Positions 12,700 through 26,216 of a stretch of 64,000 nt of DNA are shown in pieces. Every line of letters starts with the position of its first letter. Position 1 is the stretch's first letter. The notes under the pieces were generated by a model that was not told where the DNA came from, made no database searches, and saw only the letters and a list, made by a program, of their open reading frames with translations. A program made the position numbers and the translations under genes. The DNA comes from Eutreptiella sp. 'Long Island Sound 2002'. Lineage: Eukaryota > Protista > Euglenida. The DNA is taken from positions 59,892,001 to 59,956,000 of the forward strand of contig OZ038378.1 of NCBI GenBank assembly GCA_964036045.1, given 5' to 3'.

Positions 12700-14260
12700 T
12701 GCCCATGCCTCAGCCGCTGCCCTGCCCCTGCAACACCACCCATACGGAGGGAGGAGGGGAGGGGGGGGGGAGCGAGGCAGGGCTGCAGCCAACCCCTGCC
12801 CCGTTACTTGTGCACGGGCTATGGGGGTGCTGCACCAGCTGCTGCAGCTGCAGCTGTCGCGCCGCAGTAGCTGAGGGAGCTTTGTTGCTGCCGCCGTCAC
12901 TTGGCAGCATTTCAGCGGCTGCATTCGCACTGCAGGTGTGGCTGCACAACTTCTGGCGTGGCTGCACAACTTCTATTCTGCTGCAGCTTGTGGGTGACAG
13001 CTCACTGCAGCCAGCCCCCACCCCGTTACCAATTGAGGGGCTATGGAGCTGCCGCAGTGGCAGCCATCCTCCTACAGCCGCCGCAACCGCGGTTGTGCCG
13101 CAGCGCTTTCCGTAGGTGTCCCGCTGTATTCGTTAGCAGGTGTTAGGTGTCATGCAGCAGTAGCATTTCAGCTACTGCTTTCACATTGTAGGTGTTGCAG
13201 CTGCTTTGTTGCTAAGGCATGTGGACTGCAGCTTACAGCTGCCAACCCCTGCCCCGTTACCAATGCAATGGCTATGGGGGCACTGCACGAGCATAGAAGC
13301 CTTCGTGACGCAGCTAGTGTAGCCACGGTTGTCGTGGTGCAGCTGCTGCGGCAGCTTTCTTGCCATTGTGCAACAGCACTTCAGCCGTTGCTGGTGCACC
13401 GCAAGTGCAACTGCCACCATTTTGCTACAGTTGGTGCGCGGCCGCTCGCTACAGCCACCCCCCACACCGCTACCAATCAAGGTGCCATGGACTCACAGCA
13501 TTGGCAACCATCCTACTGAAGCTGCCGCAACCTCAGCTGTCGTGCCGCGGTGGTGGTAAGTGCTCGTACCTCCCCTTTTGTAGATGCCATGCAGCAGCAA
13601 TTCAGCTACCGCTGGTGTGCCGTAGTTGGAGTAGTTGCCTTGTTGCTGAAGTATGTGAACTGTGGCTCACGGCAGCCAACCCCCACCCAATTCCCATTGC
13701 ACGGGGTATGAGGGTGCCGCGCTAGCAGCCCCCCCGCCGCACCGCAGGTGCTGTGCTGCCGGGGCTGTGGCAGCTCCTTCGCTGCAGCTGTCATGCTGAA
13801 GCAAGTTTGCTGCCGCTTTTGCGTTGCAGGCGCAGTAGCCACTCAGCCTGTCTGCTACTGCAGCATCTCGACTGCTCCTCTTTGCGGCCAACCCCCGCCT
13901 TGTTACCAATGCAAGTGCTGGTGGCGCCGCACCAACATTCTCCCTGCTACTCAAATGCTGTTGCAGTCCTTCTGCTGCCGGGGCCGCAGCAACTCTTGTG
14001 CCGCGGTTGTCATGCATCTACATTTGTGCTACTGTTTTTGCGTTGTTGCGCGGTAGATGGCGTTGTATGTTTCGCAGTAGCTGCCATTGTATGTGGGCAT
14101 TGCTCACTGAAGCTTTACCCTGCCCCGTCACCAATTCCGGCACTATGGGGGGCTGACAACAGCGGCTTGCTTGCAGCAGCAGCCATCGTGCCATAGTAGC
14201 TGTGGCACCTTCCCACTCTAGCCCCATCAACATGCAGTAGCACTTCATCTGCATGGCTAG
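12700..14260. repeat. Degenerate tandem repeat, ~220-bp period, rich in GCTGCA
   Basis: CAACCCCTGCCCCGTTAC-like motifs at about 12790, 13017, 13243, 13455, 13678, 13888 and 14117. An inverted fragment of the same family lies at 45670-45850. Confidence 0.75.
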
Positions 14261-14299
14261 CTACTTTCTCTGCTTCCTTCTAGCTCCTCGGTTGCAACT

Positions 14300-16100
14300 C
14301 GTTGCTGCCGATTTCGTGATTGTCATGCTACCACATTCTAGCCACCGTTTGTCCTGTTGTTGCCTTCGTAGTTGCTTGGATGCTGCTGCATGACAATCCC
14401 GCAGAGGGAGGACCCAACGGCTAGTGGTGTGGGCATACAACTTGGCTCTGTCCAGTGCAGCTCCCTTGCACCCTCTTCTTCGCCTCCTCGTGCTTCAGTC
14501 CCCCTTCCTTCCTCTGCTCCTTTTGGTTCTCCTTCTAGCCCCGCTCCTTCCCCTAGCCGCCTGCCAGAGCGGTGTTCGCCCCCGACAAACCAGAGCTCCA
14601 TGAGCTGGTCCGCTTCCTCCTCCCCAGCCTCGGACGCCACGACCACTCTTTCGATCTCCTTCTCCTTCTCGTTTTGGGAGGGGGTGGCAACAAAAGAGGT
14701 GGGGATTGGGGTTGTAGGGCTTGGGGTTGCGACTATCGGTGGCCGGCTTGCGGTTGTTGGGGCTACTCGGGCTCATGCCAGTATTGGTACTCGGGCTACT
14801 AGGGTTGTCGCCACTGTTGTGGTGCACCATTTGCATTTGATGCGATAGTGCAAGGACATGTATTCTAGTTTCTTTCTAGCGACATTGTTTTGGCGGCGTT
14901 CTAGCACCGTTCTAGCAGCGGTGGCAGTGGCTACAACAAAACTAGAACGCGATTTGAACGGCACCTAGAACAACGGTAGGATGCAAAGCAACTACCTTCG
15001 CGATGTGCAGTAGACTTGCTTTGGGGGTCATGGCCATGCCTTCGGAAGAGAGTTTGGTGGCGAAATGTAGCTTGTGTGTGCGTTGTGCCCGCTTTGTACT
15101 CTGCCATGGCGGAATGTTGAGTGGCCTACTAATTTCCAAGGATGCCTCCTACGGGGCCGACGGTGAATGGTTTCGGATTTTACAATCAACGAAATCCCCC
15201 ACCAACCGGCCTAGGACCATCATCAACTGCAAGATGAACAAGATAGTGTAGGCATTGGGCAAGCCCAAGATGGGTGCCACATTGCACCCAGGAGACTGCT
15301 TTGAAAGAGTGCCCAAGATGAAGGCCGTGTGGTGTGTGTCATCCCGCTCAAGGGTGCGGGGCGGGCCCTTCCCGTCCCAAACCTTCAACTTTGCATTCCA
15401 TATCCCCTAATTGAAAATGGAGCCCACTTGAGCGTACGTGGACGTTTCAATGACCCTCTTTGTCCACAGTTGACCCCCCCCCCCCCCAGATTAGCTTTCC
15501 ATCCTGCTTGCTGGCTACCCAACGGACCCGGGCGGTGTTGATGATTTCCTTAATCACGCTTGGAAGAGGTGGCATATTGTAGTTTGGTTCGACACTAGAT
15601 GTTCTAGTCTAGTCTCATATCCTTCTAGCAAAGGTTGGCCGATGCTAAGTAGAACAAAACTAGAACGGAGATTTTAGAGCACCCGGATAGTATGTGGAGA
15701 GAACAATTTTCAGGTGTCCCTCCATAGCGGCCAAAGTGTCTCCATGCACTTGTCGTCATAGTTGGTCATGAATAAAACCCGGACACTTGCCGGAAAGGGG
15801 GCCATGCAAAAGTTGGCTCATGAAATCGTGAGTTGGGTCGAAATGGACGCGGCCACTGGGTAGGCGTTCCCCCGGAGAACGCAATTCAACGCAGATGAAC
15901 AATGAATGTCCCGCTGCAAGCCAAGGCGGGAGAGGGGGTACTTGACCCAAGATGCAAAGGGCCATGAAATCTCTGTGGCCTTGGATGACACCGTGGCAAC
16001 GGAGTCATCCACTTCCACGGGCCCGATCAACTCATTCCCCCTAGTTCGGGAGTTGTCTTTCGTGCAAAGAAGACGTGCATGGGGACCACTAGGGATGGTG
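14300..16100. mobile_element. Old dispersed repeat with coding remnants, related to 32800-34200
   Basis: 14860-14960 is the inverted homologue of ~33180-33320. 15980-16030 is directly homologous to 34010-34070 (minus-strand peptides IGPVEVDDSVATVSSKATE vs MGPVEFDDVVATALLKATK). Confidence 0.5.
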
Positions 16101-18139
16101 CAGTAGTTGTCCCCATTGTGAAGGGTGTAGAGCTGTCACGGGGTCCTCTATGCAAACCTAGGGGCGCAGAGATTGGGCACAATGTACCCATAGGGTTTCG
16201 CGCGGGGGGGGGGGGGGTATGCCCTTCACCTGCGAGAATTTTACTTTGTTGGCCGTGTACCTCAAAATGACTGCATTTTTGATATGGCCTGTGATATTTT
16301 TCTGAAAAGTGCGTCGAAAGGGCCTTTTAAAGACTTTCGTTTTGGTCCCACTCACCGATATGTTGACATGCCGGGCCGTATGAAAAAAACCTTTTAGGCC
16401 GGGACGCCCTTTTTTGCTGTTGAGACAACACACTACACGCCTACACTAGTAAGGATGTGCACTGCATTGCCTCAATTTTCTACCCAAACTCATCCTTTCC
16501 AAGCAAGGAACCTTCAATGGGGCTGCAAATAACCTTTTTGCAATGGGAGTGCCATTGCAATTTAACGGTAATTGTCCCCCTTTCGCCACAAAAGTCGACA
16601 TTTGTCAGCACTCACCAAAACCCTGCAAGCAAAAATTGCACCAACATGAGTACATCCGCCGCTCCAAACAACCTGCCATACTTGTGCACCGTCACTAATA
16701 CTTTTTTTTAGTTCCTCATATGGTCTTGGCGGCCTTCACTTCAAGTCAAGTCTATGTTGGGTCGTGCTACAGCGGCAACCAAGTGACACACCATCATCCA
16801 ACCCTCCTATTGATGGTCGGCTTTGGCCATCTGCACTGCGGCCTTGATGTTTTCCACAATGGTTTCTTGCACCCACCCACCTGAGTCTTGGGGGAAATGG
16901 TGGCCACCGCCCTCTCCAAAAATGCTGCGCCAAAAAGCCCCTCCACATTGGCCCCATCAATGACAACATAGACCACGGCGTGCATTGCTCTCCAAACGGC
17001 TTGCTTGTTACGGTCTCCTTGTCGTCCACGCGGCAAACTTCATTGGAGGGCAGAAATAGTGCGTCTGTTCTTCTCTTTCTGATACACAATTGCCATTTCT
17101 TGCATGTTGAACCTCCTTAATTTGGCGTCGACATTTAGGGGTACCCGGAGAGGGTGATCTCCCGTTCCTTGGACTCGGAGAAAACGGGGTGTTGCCGCTA
17201 GTCGAAAACATGGGCCAAAAACACAAGAAATTTAAAATTTTGCAAAGAGGCCGTGAGGAGGAGTTCCCAAACCTTCAGACATAAATTCTTGACACTGAAA
17301 GCTAATCTCCAGGCCGCACACCGCTAGTGGGCGGGTTAGGCGAGTTTAGACCCCCCGGCCCGGGAACACTCCTACCTACGGTTCGCCCGAAGCTGTGAAG
17401 TAAGTTTGGAGCTAAGGGCAGAAACGTGAAGCAATGGCGACACAACATTTTCTACGTCTTTGTAGGACCATTAGTGTTACTATCAAGGGTTAGAATAGGT
17501 CATTGGATGCCCCCTATATGATCCCTGTGACTACTTGGTGGTACCTGGACAATGGGTGTACGTTTTCGGACAAGGTGAAATGCATCAAGCTTACCCCCCC
17601 CCCCCCATTGTTCTTCATCATCCTCTTGAGCCGTACATGGCTCCCCTCTCAACTAAGCAACTAATCCTACCCAATGTACCCCAATTTGCTAAACCACCCC
17701 CCCCCCAAATATATACCCCGGGGTATAGATTTCGGCAGAACGCCAAACAAGGCCACGGGGGTATCAATTTTTTGGGGGTGTAAATTTTTGGGGCGCGGTG
17801 CTACGTGGTCTTTGTCGCTTGTAATTCAATTTTGTTTTGCGTTTGTGGCATGGAACATTCAGTCTCGGAATCCGATTTTCAATTGCACGAGCTGCTGGTG
17901 TGGCCCATGCCTCCACCCGTGATTCCAATGTCTAGAAGCAAACCACGATCACCGCCTTCTTCAAGTGAGTGACCATGGCTGTGGTGTTGAGATTGTACCC
18001 TCGATTTGTTCGTGTTGTGTCAGGGCAAAAGGGGGTACAAATTATCGAAAAACGCCCAATAAGCCTAGGGGGGTATAAATATTGGAGGGGATAAATATTG
18101 GGGGGGGGTTAAATTTTTGGGGGGGGTTTACATAAGGAT

Positions 18140-21100
18140 ACATGTGGTCATTCCACATGTGCGCCCATAGGGTCTTGCTCCACCCCAAGGCAATGTGCTT
18201 TGCCTTCATGGTCCGCATATTACATACAAGACGCAAATGTTGCCACATCCGTTGGAACCCCTCTTGCCATGCCGCCTTGCTCATTTCGGCAAAGCCCTCC
18301 CACCAATCATGGCACACGGCCGCCCATTCGAAGCCCTCCCCACCAACTTGTGCCCACCGATTTTCCATCCCATTTCTCACAACATTGGGACCCATAGTCT
18401 TGCCTTCACGAACTGGAGGGCGCCTAACTGATCGGTAACAGGCCCTTTCGCATTCGCCTTCTCCGCCCCCCATCTTTAGGGGCGCACAGCTCGGGCAGCT
18501 TCTCGTGCCCCACTCACAAGCTGGTGCACAACTCGGGCCACATTGCCCTTCCCTATTGCCCATTGCGCCCTTAGTACCCCCCCGGTACCGCAGGAGGCGC
18601 GGTTGCGCAGTCTCAATATGCCGTGGGCACCATAGTCCGGAACCCATTGATTAGCAGGGATGTCTTGGAGGACTCCCGAGCTCCACACCAACCCCTCTAG
18701 TCCGGCGCTAGCGACCTCCGCACCGCCATACCGTTGAAGGAAGGTTTTACGGTTCGTGGTAGATCACAATTTGCGCATGGCATCATTTGTTTTGCCCAAG
18801 GATGTCCACTGTTCCCACAGTACCTCCCCCTACAATACCTCAATACTTGCTTTCCAGGCAATGCCGCAAGTACAGCTTCATTGGGTGGCCCGCGCAAACG
18901 CGGGCCCACTAGGCGTGTGCTTCCGATGTGTAATATGTGGACATTGGTCCATGGACCTTGGAACGGCAGTCCCTATGCAGCACGAGCAGACATCACAAAT
19001 GCTTCAGCCCCAGACCCCCCAATAGCCAACACCGGTAGGTGTCCCGCACACGCACACAGCCCGCACGTTTTGTGCCCCCCCCCCCCCCCGGCACGGGCGG
19101 GGTTCACAAGGTGGGGTCCCAAACCATTCTCAAGGCGCACACGACCAGGCGCCAATGCGATGCAACACCGCCTGCCTTCTTACCCTTGCAGCAGATGCCT
19201 TGGGAACCACTGGGGCCGGCAGCCTTGCCCATCGCGGTCGGCCATTGCAGCGCCATACCAGTTTCAGCCGTAGCCAACCCATCACCAACCCGAGTTCCCA
19301 CTCCAACCACAACTGCAACCCCAATAGTAACTCAAAGGTAGGTGGGAGGACCAGGGACGAGGGTGCCGACCTGGGCGCCCATGATAGTATAGCAGCAGCC
19401 TTGTGTTACTTGGCCACGTCGTTGGACAAATTCATTGCCGGGGATGTGGCAACCAAAACAGCATGCTTGCACGGCAAGCATGGGGCAACGGCACCACACC
19501 ACGACGCCAAGAACAGCCGCTTGGTAGAGGGGTACTCATGTACTCCACCTGCGACGCACCATCAACTCTCGCCCAGCACTTACCCTCCTGGAAGTGCAGG
19601 GGAACCAATGTACCACACTCAATGGTGTTGTATCTAGTGTCCGAACGGGTGAGACAATAATCGTCAGCAAGGTGGTTGCCCCGCTCCCCTGGGCCTTATG
19701 TAAGGCGGCTCGCAAGGCATGTGCACCCCTAGCACTCACACGCATATGGGCTCCGCGGTATGAGCCCTGGAAGACATCTGTGTTGTCCCGCCCATTGTCG
19801 TTGCCATCCACAAGTGTATCGAGGGAGGAGGCGCCAAGCCAAGAGCGCAGGACGACGCAACCGGCTCGCGACTCTCCTGCGTGGGTCATGATGGAGCGGT
19901 TATGCATGGCACAACCTTAAGAGGGGAGGCACATCCTCCTGTTGAAACCAGAAGCCCGGACTACCCTACTTCCAGTGGTGGGGGGGTTGGGCTTCTACCG
20001 GGGCTGCCATGCGCTAGCCGACAACTTACCTTGATCATGGAATGCTAGCTCCATTGGCTTTGCCATGTCCTGGATCGGAGGTCGGAGAACCTCATGTGGT
20101 CAACCGGTGATCTTTGTGGGGTTCTGCTATTTTTGGGGCGGACGCGGTTGAAGAAACGCTTGGTTACTTGAAGCCCGTCCTTGGTCTTGCTCTCCCCTAT
20201 TCTGGCGTTGTGGCTGTGTCGCCGCCTGCGAGGGTGGTGGGGAGCGGCGACGGCGGCAGTGGTGGTCATGAGTGGGACAGTACCCCACAAGCTCCGAGGG
20301 GTCCAGCTCCTGCGAGTCATACCACTCGGATGTTAGGATCATTGACCCACTGGTCGGGGCGCGGGCTCCCGCACACTGAGCCTTCTTGGTCGCAACCAAG
20401 GGGCAATTAGTGGGGCAAAACCAGGGGGGTGGGAGGGGCAAGACAACGCAAGCGAAAACAGCAAGCACCCCCGCCCGCCCTCCAGGAGCCGCATAGCAGA
20501 CGCCGAGTTAGGGCTCTGGCCGTCCCAGGTGATCTTGAAGGGGGGGTGGCAGACTGGCCCGTCGGTGGGAGTGGAGAGTCTCTGCCCGATAGCACCCCCC
20601 GCACCCCAGCGCTGCATTCCAAGGCCCCGGCCCGTGCAAGCTGCGCTGGGCTCCGGACCACCTCCTAAACGACTTCCCGCCCGCGATGCGAAGCCGCACC
20701 AGTGTCCATTGCCCTAAGCCACGAGCCTTTTGGCTACGTTCCAGGGGCGCCAGAGACAGTGCTGATTCCCTTCTTTCCCATCAACCGTGTTCGTTCCCGT
20801 CTACGCTCCAGAATTGGGCTCCCCCTTGCCTCCCCCCGCCATTCTTCGGAACCGTCCTCCCGGCCCGCTCCCGAGCCCCCCACCTTTCCTCGTCCTTGCT
20901 GCCCTTGGCAACGAATAAGGAGGCGCCCTTGTTTGTACATTTCATGGAGTGCCTGGCGCCTACTTCGCCATGAATTGCCCGGAAAGTGTACCGCCCTTTG
21001 GAACTCCTTTTTAAGACATTGCATATTTTTTTGGAGAGGATTGTTAGCATCATGGAGGATTCCAGGCCGGGGGAGGCTTTGCCCGTTCTTTTGCAAAATT

Positions 21101-21480
21101 TTGCTGATTTGTGGGAGGATGCCTTGGGAGGGCTGGCGCACTTAGCTACTTCCCCTATACTCCACATGGCACGCTCTCATATTGCTGTGGCCTGGAAGGG
21201 CCTGGGTACAATGGGATCCTATGTTATTCCACAGGACCTCTGGCAGGACCTCGTCCCCGAGTCTTTTTTGGGTGATGCACTGAGTTATGATGTCGAGGCC
21301 GACCCAGAGGGCGGTTGTGGTACGGTGGGGGTGGGGGTGGCGCAGATGGCGTCCCCTTTGCAAATGTTTTGGGTGATTAGCACGTCTGCATTGCCGTCGT
21401 CCTGCTTTGCATTCATCATATTCAAAAGTAGCAAGAAGGTCAGCCTGATCCTGTCTCGCCTGGGAATGAACGAGCGGATA
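18140..21480 (-). mobile_element. Heavily decayed retroelement-like coding region (possible non-LTR remnant)
   Basis: ORFs 21142-21528 and 20734-21141 are contiguous in one frame across a stop. 'TKRFFNRVRPK' (~20150) resembles the region after the endonuclease in LINE ORF2. A Trp-rich end (18142-18440) resembles LINE C-termini. No YADD motif was found. Confidence 0.3.
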
Positions 21481-24400
21481 GGAGAGCCGCCTCCATCGCG
21501 CCGAAGGCCCCGGCAATGCCACTATCAACGAGGCCTCTTATGTCATGCGGCGCCCCGCCGTTTTAGGGCGGGGGGCATCTGTTGCTTTGGAGCCAGTCGG
21601 GGCCCCGCTGCATCGGCACAGCGGCTTCTGTCGCTTTGCAGTTGCCGTGGCTCCGGCCACATCATTGTAGAAGCCTCCGTCGCTCTGCAGTCATTGTTGC
21701 CCCTGCCACATCGGGGCCGGGGTCTCTTTCGCAGTGTGATGGCCGGGGCCTGTTCGGCATCAGGGCACGGACCGCTGTCGTGTTTGAGCGAGTGCAGCTC
21801 CCACCTCATCAGGGCAGGGGCCTCCTTTGCAATCTGATTGATGAGGCTCCCATCGCATCAGGGCGGGGGCGTGTTTCACAATGGCATTGCCGCGGCCCCC
21901 GCGGCATTGCGGCAGGGGCGTGTTTGCCAGTTGGATGGCTGGGGCCCCCACCGAATCAAGGGAGGGGCCTCCATTGCTTTGCAACCATCCGGGCCCCACC
22001 CGCATTAGGGCGGGCCCCTCTTCAGCAATGGTATTGTTGGGATGGCCGCTGCATTAGCGCAGGGCCCTCTGTTACTTTGGAGCCAATGGGGGCCCCGCCG
22101 GATCAGAACAGAGGCCTATATCGCTTTGAAGTGGCCGGGCTCCCCGCCGCCTCAGGGTAAGGGGCCTTCGTCGCTTAATATCCATTGGGACTTCGGTTGC
22201 AATAAGGTGGGGGCCTCTGTCGCTTTAGAGCCGCCGCGGCCCCCACCACATTAGGATAGGGCCTATGTCGCAGTGGGAGGGCCGGCGCCCCTAGCCCCCG
22301 CAACCCCATTGCTAAAGCGGCCCGCACCCTAATGCGGCGGGGCCCCCATGGTTGAAAAGCGGCAGAGGCCCCTACCATGATGCGGCAAGGGCCCATCCAA
22401 CCCACTGCGAAACACGCCCCCTCCATGATGCGGCGGGGGCCGCGGCAATACCACTGCAAAAAAGGCCAGTAACTTCATGTGGCGGAGACCCCATCCATCT
22501 CAGTGCAAAGGACAGCCGTGTCTTGATGTGGTGGCCGCCTGACTGGCTCCAAACAAACGGAAGTCCACCCTGATTCCGACCAGTCCGCGGCCTCTGCACT
22601 GTGCAAGACGGCCACGTCGTAATGCGGCGGGGACCCGAGCGATCCCACTACAAGGGGGGCCCCCACCCTGACGTGGGAGGGGCCCCAATGGCTACAAAGC
22701 GACGGACGCCCCGGGCCTGACACGTCGGGGGCCCCGGCAACCCCAATGCGGAGGAGGCTCGCCCCTTGATGCGGCGGGGGGCCCGGCACTCAAACTACGA
22801 AAGAGGCTTTGGCCGTGATGCGGCCGTGCCCCCGGTGGCTACAAAGCCACAGAGGCCCTCGTGTTGATGTGGCGGTTCCCCCGGCAATCCCGCTGTGCAC
22901 GAGGCCCTAGCCCGGATGCTGTAATGGGCCCGAGAAACCCACTGCGAAAGAGACCCCCGCCCTGATGCTAAGCGACGGAGGCCCCCGCCCTCATGCGGCG
23001 GGGCCCCGAGGGCTCCAAAGCAACGAAGGGCCCCGGTGAGATGCGGCGGGGGCCCGGACCCCACGGCAAAAAGAGACCCCTCACCAATTGCGGCAAGGTC
23101 CTGGGCCATCCCCCTATGAAGGAGCACCCATCCTGATGTGGTGTGTGTGTGTGTGGGGGAGGGGGTGCAGCACAAGTCCCACTGGATGCAAAGTGACGGA
23201 GGCCCCTACGGTGATGCGGCAGGGGCAGCTCCAAAATGACACAAGCCCCTGTCGTCATGCGGAGGGTCCCGCGCAATGATGCGCCGGAGGCCCCGGCAAT
23301 TCCACTGCTAAGAGTTGCCCGACCTAACGCGGAGGGGGGGGGCAATTGTTCCAAAGCGACGGAGGCAGCGAGGGCCCTAACCATCGCACCGCGAAACTCA
23401 TCTCCGCTGTGATGCGGCGGGGGCCCACGGCGAAGGAGCCCCCTAACCTGAAGTGGCGGGGGGCCGGGCAATCCCATCGCAAAGGAGGCCCCTGCCCGGA
23501 TGCGGTGGGGGCCCCAATGGCTCCAAAGCAACGGAGGTCCCCGCTCTGATGCGGCGGGGGCCCCGCCATCGCACCGCGAAAGAGGGCAACACCTTGCCGT
23601 GGGGGGGGGCCAAGAAATCCCACTACAAAGGAGGCCCCCACATTGATGTTGCGGGGGCCGAAATGGCTGCGAAGGGATAGAGGCCCCCGCCGTAATGCGG
23701 CGGGGCCCCGGCAATCCCAATTCGAGGGAGGCCCAGGTTCTGATGCGACAGGGGCCTGTATCACCGGGATGCGGCGAGGAGCGTGATGCCCCTAAAGCAA
23801 CGCAAGGCACTGCCCTTATGCGACGGGGGCCCCAGCAACTCCAAAGCGACGGAGGCCCCCGCCCTAGGGCGGCGGGGGCCACGGCAAGGCCCCTACGAAC
23901 GAGGGCCGAACGCTGATGCGCCGGGAGTTCCAATGGCTCTAAAGCGACTGAGGCCCCCGCCCCAATGCGACCGGGGCGCCAATGGCACCAAAGCTATAAA
24001 GGCCCCCGGTGTAATACGGCGGGGGCCCTGCAATTCTAGTGTGAAAGAACCCCCGCCTTGATACAACGCCGGGACCGTAACGGATCTAAAGCGACGCGGT
24101 CGAGCGAGGGACCCGGCGATCCAACTCCCAAAGAGGCCTCTAACATGATGCAGTGCGGACCCCGGCAATCGCACTGCGAACGAGGCCCGCCTTGATGTGG
24201 CGGGGCCCCGGCAGCTCCAAAGAAACGGAGGCCCCCGCCCTGATGTGGCGGGGGCCCGACATCTCCAAAGCGGCAGAGGCCACCTTCTTGATGCGGTGGA
24301 AGCCGCATTGCCTCTACAGCGACGGAGCCCCCTACCCTAATGCGACGGGGGCCCCGGCCGCTTCAAAGGGACACAGGCCCTTCCCCTGACGCGGCGGAGG

Positions 24401-25645
24401 CCCCCGCAATCCCACTGCGAGAGGCCCCCGCCCTGATGCGGAGCCGAGGTCTTGACAGCTCCAAAGCCACAAAGGCCCCCGCCTAATGCAACCGAGGACC
24501 GAACAATCCAACTGCGAAAGAGGCGTCCCTGTGATGCGGCCGTGGCACCCAAAGCCACGGAGGCCCCCGCGCCGATACGGCGGGGGCCCCGGCATTCCCA
24601 ATACGTAAAAGGGCCCCGCCTTGATGCGGCGCTGGGGCCCTAACGGCTCCAAAGCGAAGGAGGCCTGCGCCCTGATGCGGTGGGCGACCCGGCAACCCAA
24701 CGGCGAAAGAGGCCTCGCCAAGATGCGGCCGTGGCGCCGGCGGCACGGAGGTTACAGAGGCCCCCGCCCTGATGGGGCGAGGGCCCCGGCAATCTCAATG
24801 CCAAAGAGGCCTCTAACCTGATGCGGTTTGGAACTCGGCAATCCCATTGCGAAGGAAGCACGCCCTGATGTGGCGGGGGCCCCGGCACCTCCAAAGCAAC
24901 CGAGGCCTCCGCCCTCATTCGGGGCTCAGCAGCTCCAAAGCGACAGAGGCGCCCTTCGTGATGCGGCGGAAGCCGCAATGCCTCTAAAGCGACGAAGGCC
25001 CCTACTGTGATGCGGCGGGGGCCTGGCAGCTTCAAAGCGACATACGCCCCTGCCCTAATCCAGCGGGGGCCTCGGCAATCCCACCGCGAAAAAGGGCCCC
25101 ACCCTAATGCGGCGCTGGTGCCCCTGACAGCTCCAAAGCAACGGAGGCCCCCGCCTCGATGTGGTGGAGAACCGAACAATCCAGCTGCGAAAGGGGCATC
25201 CCCGCGATGCTCCCGTGGCTCCCAAAGCTACGGAGGCCCCCGCTCTGATACAGCGGGGCCCCGGCAATCCCACTACGAAAAAGGGCCCCGCCCTGATGCG
25301 GCGCCGGGGCCCTAACAGCTCTAAAGCGACATTGCCCCTGCCCTCATGGGGTTAGGGACCCGGCACCCCAACTGCTAAAGAGGCCTCGCCAGGATGCGGC
25401 CGTGGCGCCGGGGCCTTGGAAGCAACGGAGGCCCCAGCCGTGATGTGGCGAGGGCCCCAACAATCTCAATGCCAAAGAGTCCTCTAAGCTGATGCGCTGC
25501 GGAGCCTGGCAGGGGCCGCGGCAGCTCCAAAGCACGAAGGTCTCCGCCCTCATGCGGCGGGGGCCCGGCAGCTCCAAAGCGACGGAGGCCACCTTCCTAA
25601 TCCGGCGGAAGCCGCAATGCCTCTAAAGCGACGAAGGCACCTACC

Positions 25646-26216
25646 CACGGGGGGGACGTCTCCTCGGTCTTGGTACGCGACCCCCCCCCCCCCCCCTCCG
25701 GGCCCTCTCGGCCCACTTAGTTACCAAGGGTCAATGGCTACTGACCATACATATGGTGGCGCCAAAGGCGCCCGAAAATTTTTTTTCATTCCCCTTGCCC
25801 ACGTAGCATCCCTCCCCGCCCAGGCGGTGGAGCACCCCAACGCTATACTTGAACCCAACCTTGACTCTAACGCCCACCCCAACCCGCAGCCTGCTCCTAA
25901 CCCTACAGCTGACCCTACCCATGACCCTAACCCTAACCCCAACCCTAACCCTAACCCTAACCCTAGCCCTAACCCTAGCCCTAGCTCTCACCCCAGAGGG
26001 AGGGCAGGGGGACGTAACGGGAGCATGTGCCCCCCCCCCACCACCCCAAATGGCCCCACCTGGACCCCCCCCCAACTGACCCTCCCGACCGCCCCCCCCC
26101 CCATCGCCCCTCCCTGAACCCCCCCCTCCAAGCCCCCCCCCCCCTCTTGGGGGCCTTTGGCCCACTTCTACTGGGGGGGGAGTCGCGTACAGAAGCGAGG
26201 AGACGTCCCCCCCGTG
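25646..26216. mobile_element. Non-autonomous TIR element (MITE, 571 bp) with 8-bp TSD CACCTACC and internal (CCCTAA)n
   Basis: TIR CACGGGGGGGACGTCTCCTCG is perfect for 21 bp and imperfect to ~40 bp. TSD at 25638-25645 and 26217-26224. The empty site is visible in the neighbouring satellite unit at ~27480. Confidence 0.9.
25925..25984. repeat. Interstitial telomere-like (CCCTAA/CCCTAG)n tract
   Basis: Direct reading; a related tract lies at ~45340-45410. Confidence 0.85.

Noticed and set aside
16730-17226. Possible Ulp1-like remnant on the minus strand
   Set aside because: Several stops and no convincing His/Asp/Cys catalytic motifs.
25925-25984. True chromosome end
   Set aside because: The tract is short, degenerate and enclosed within a TIR/TSD-bounded MITE.
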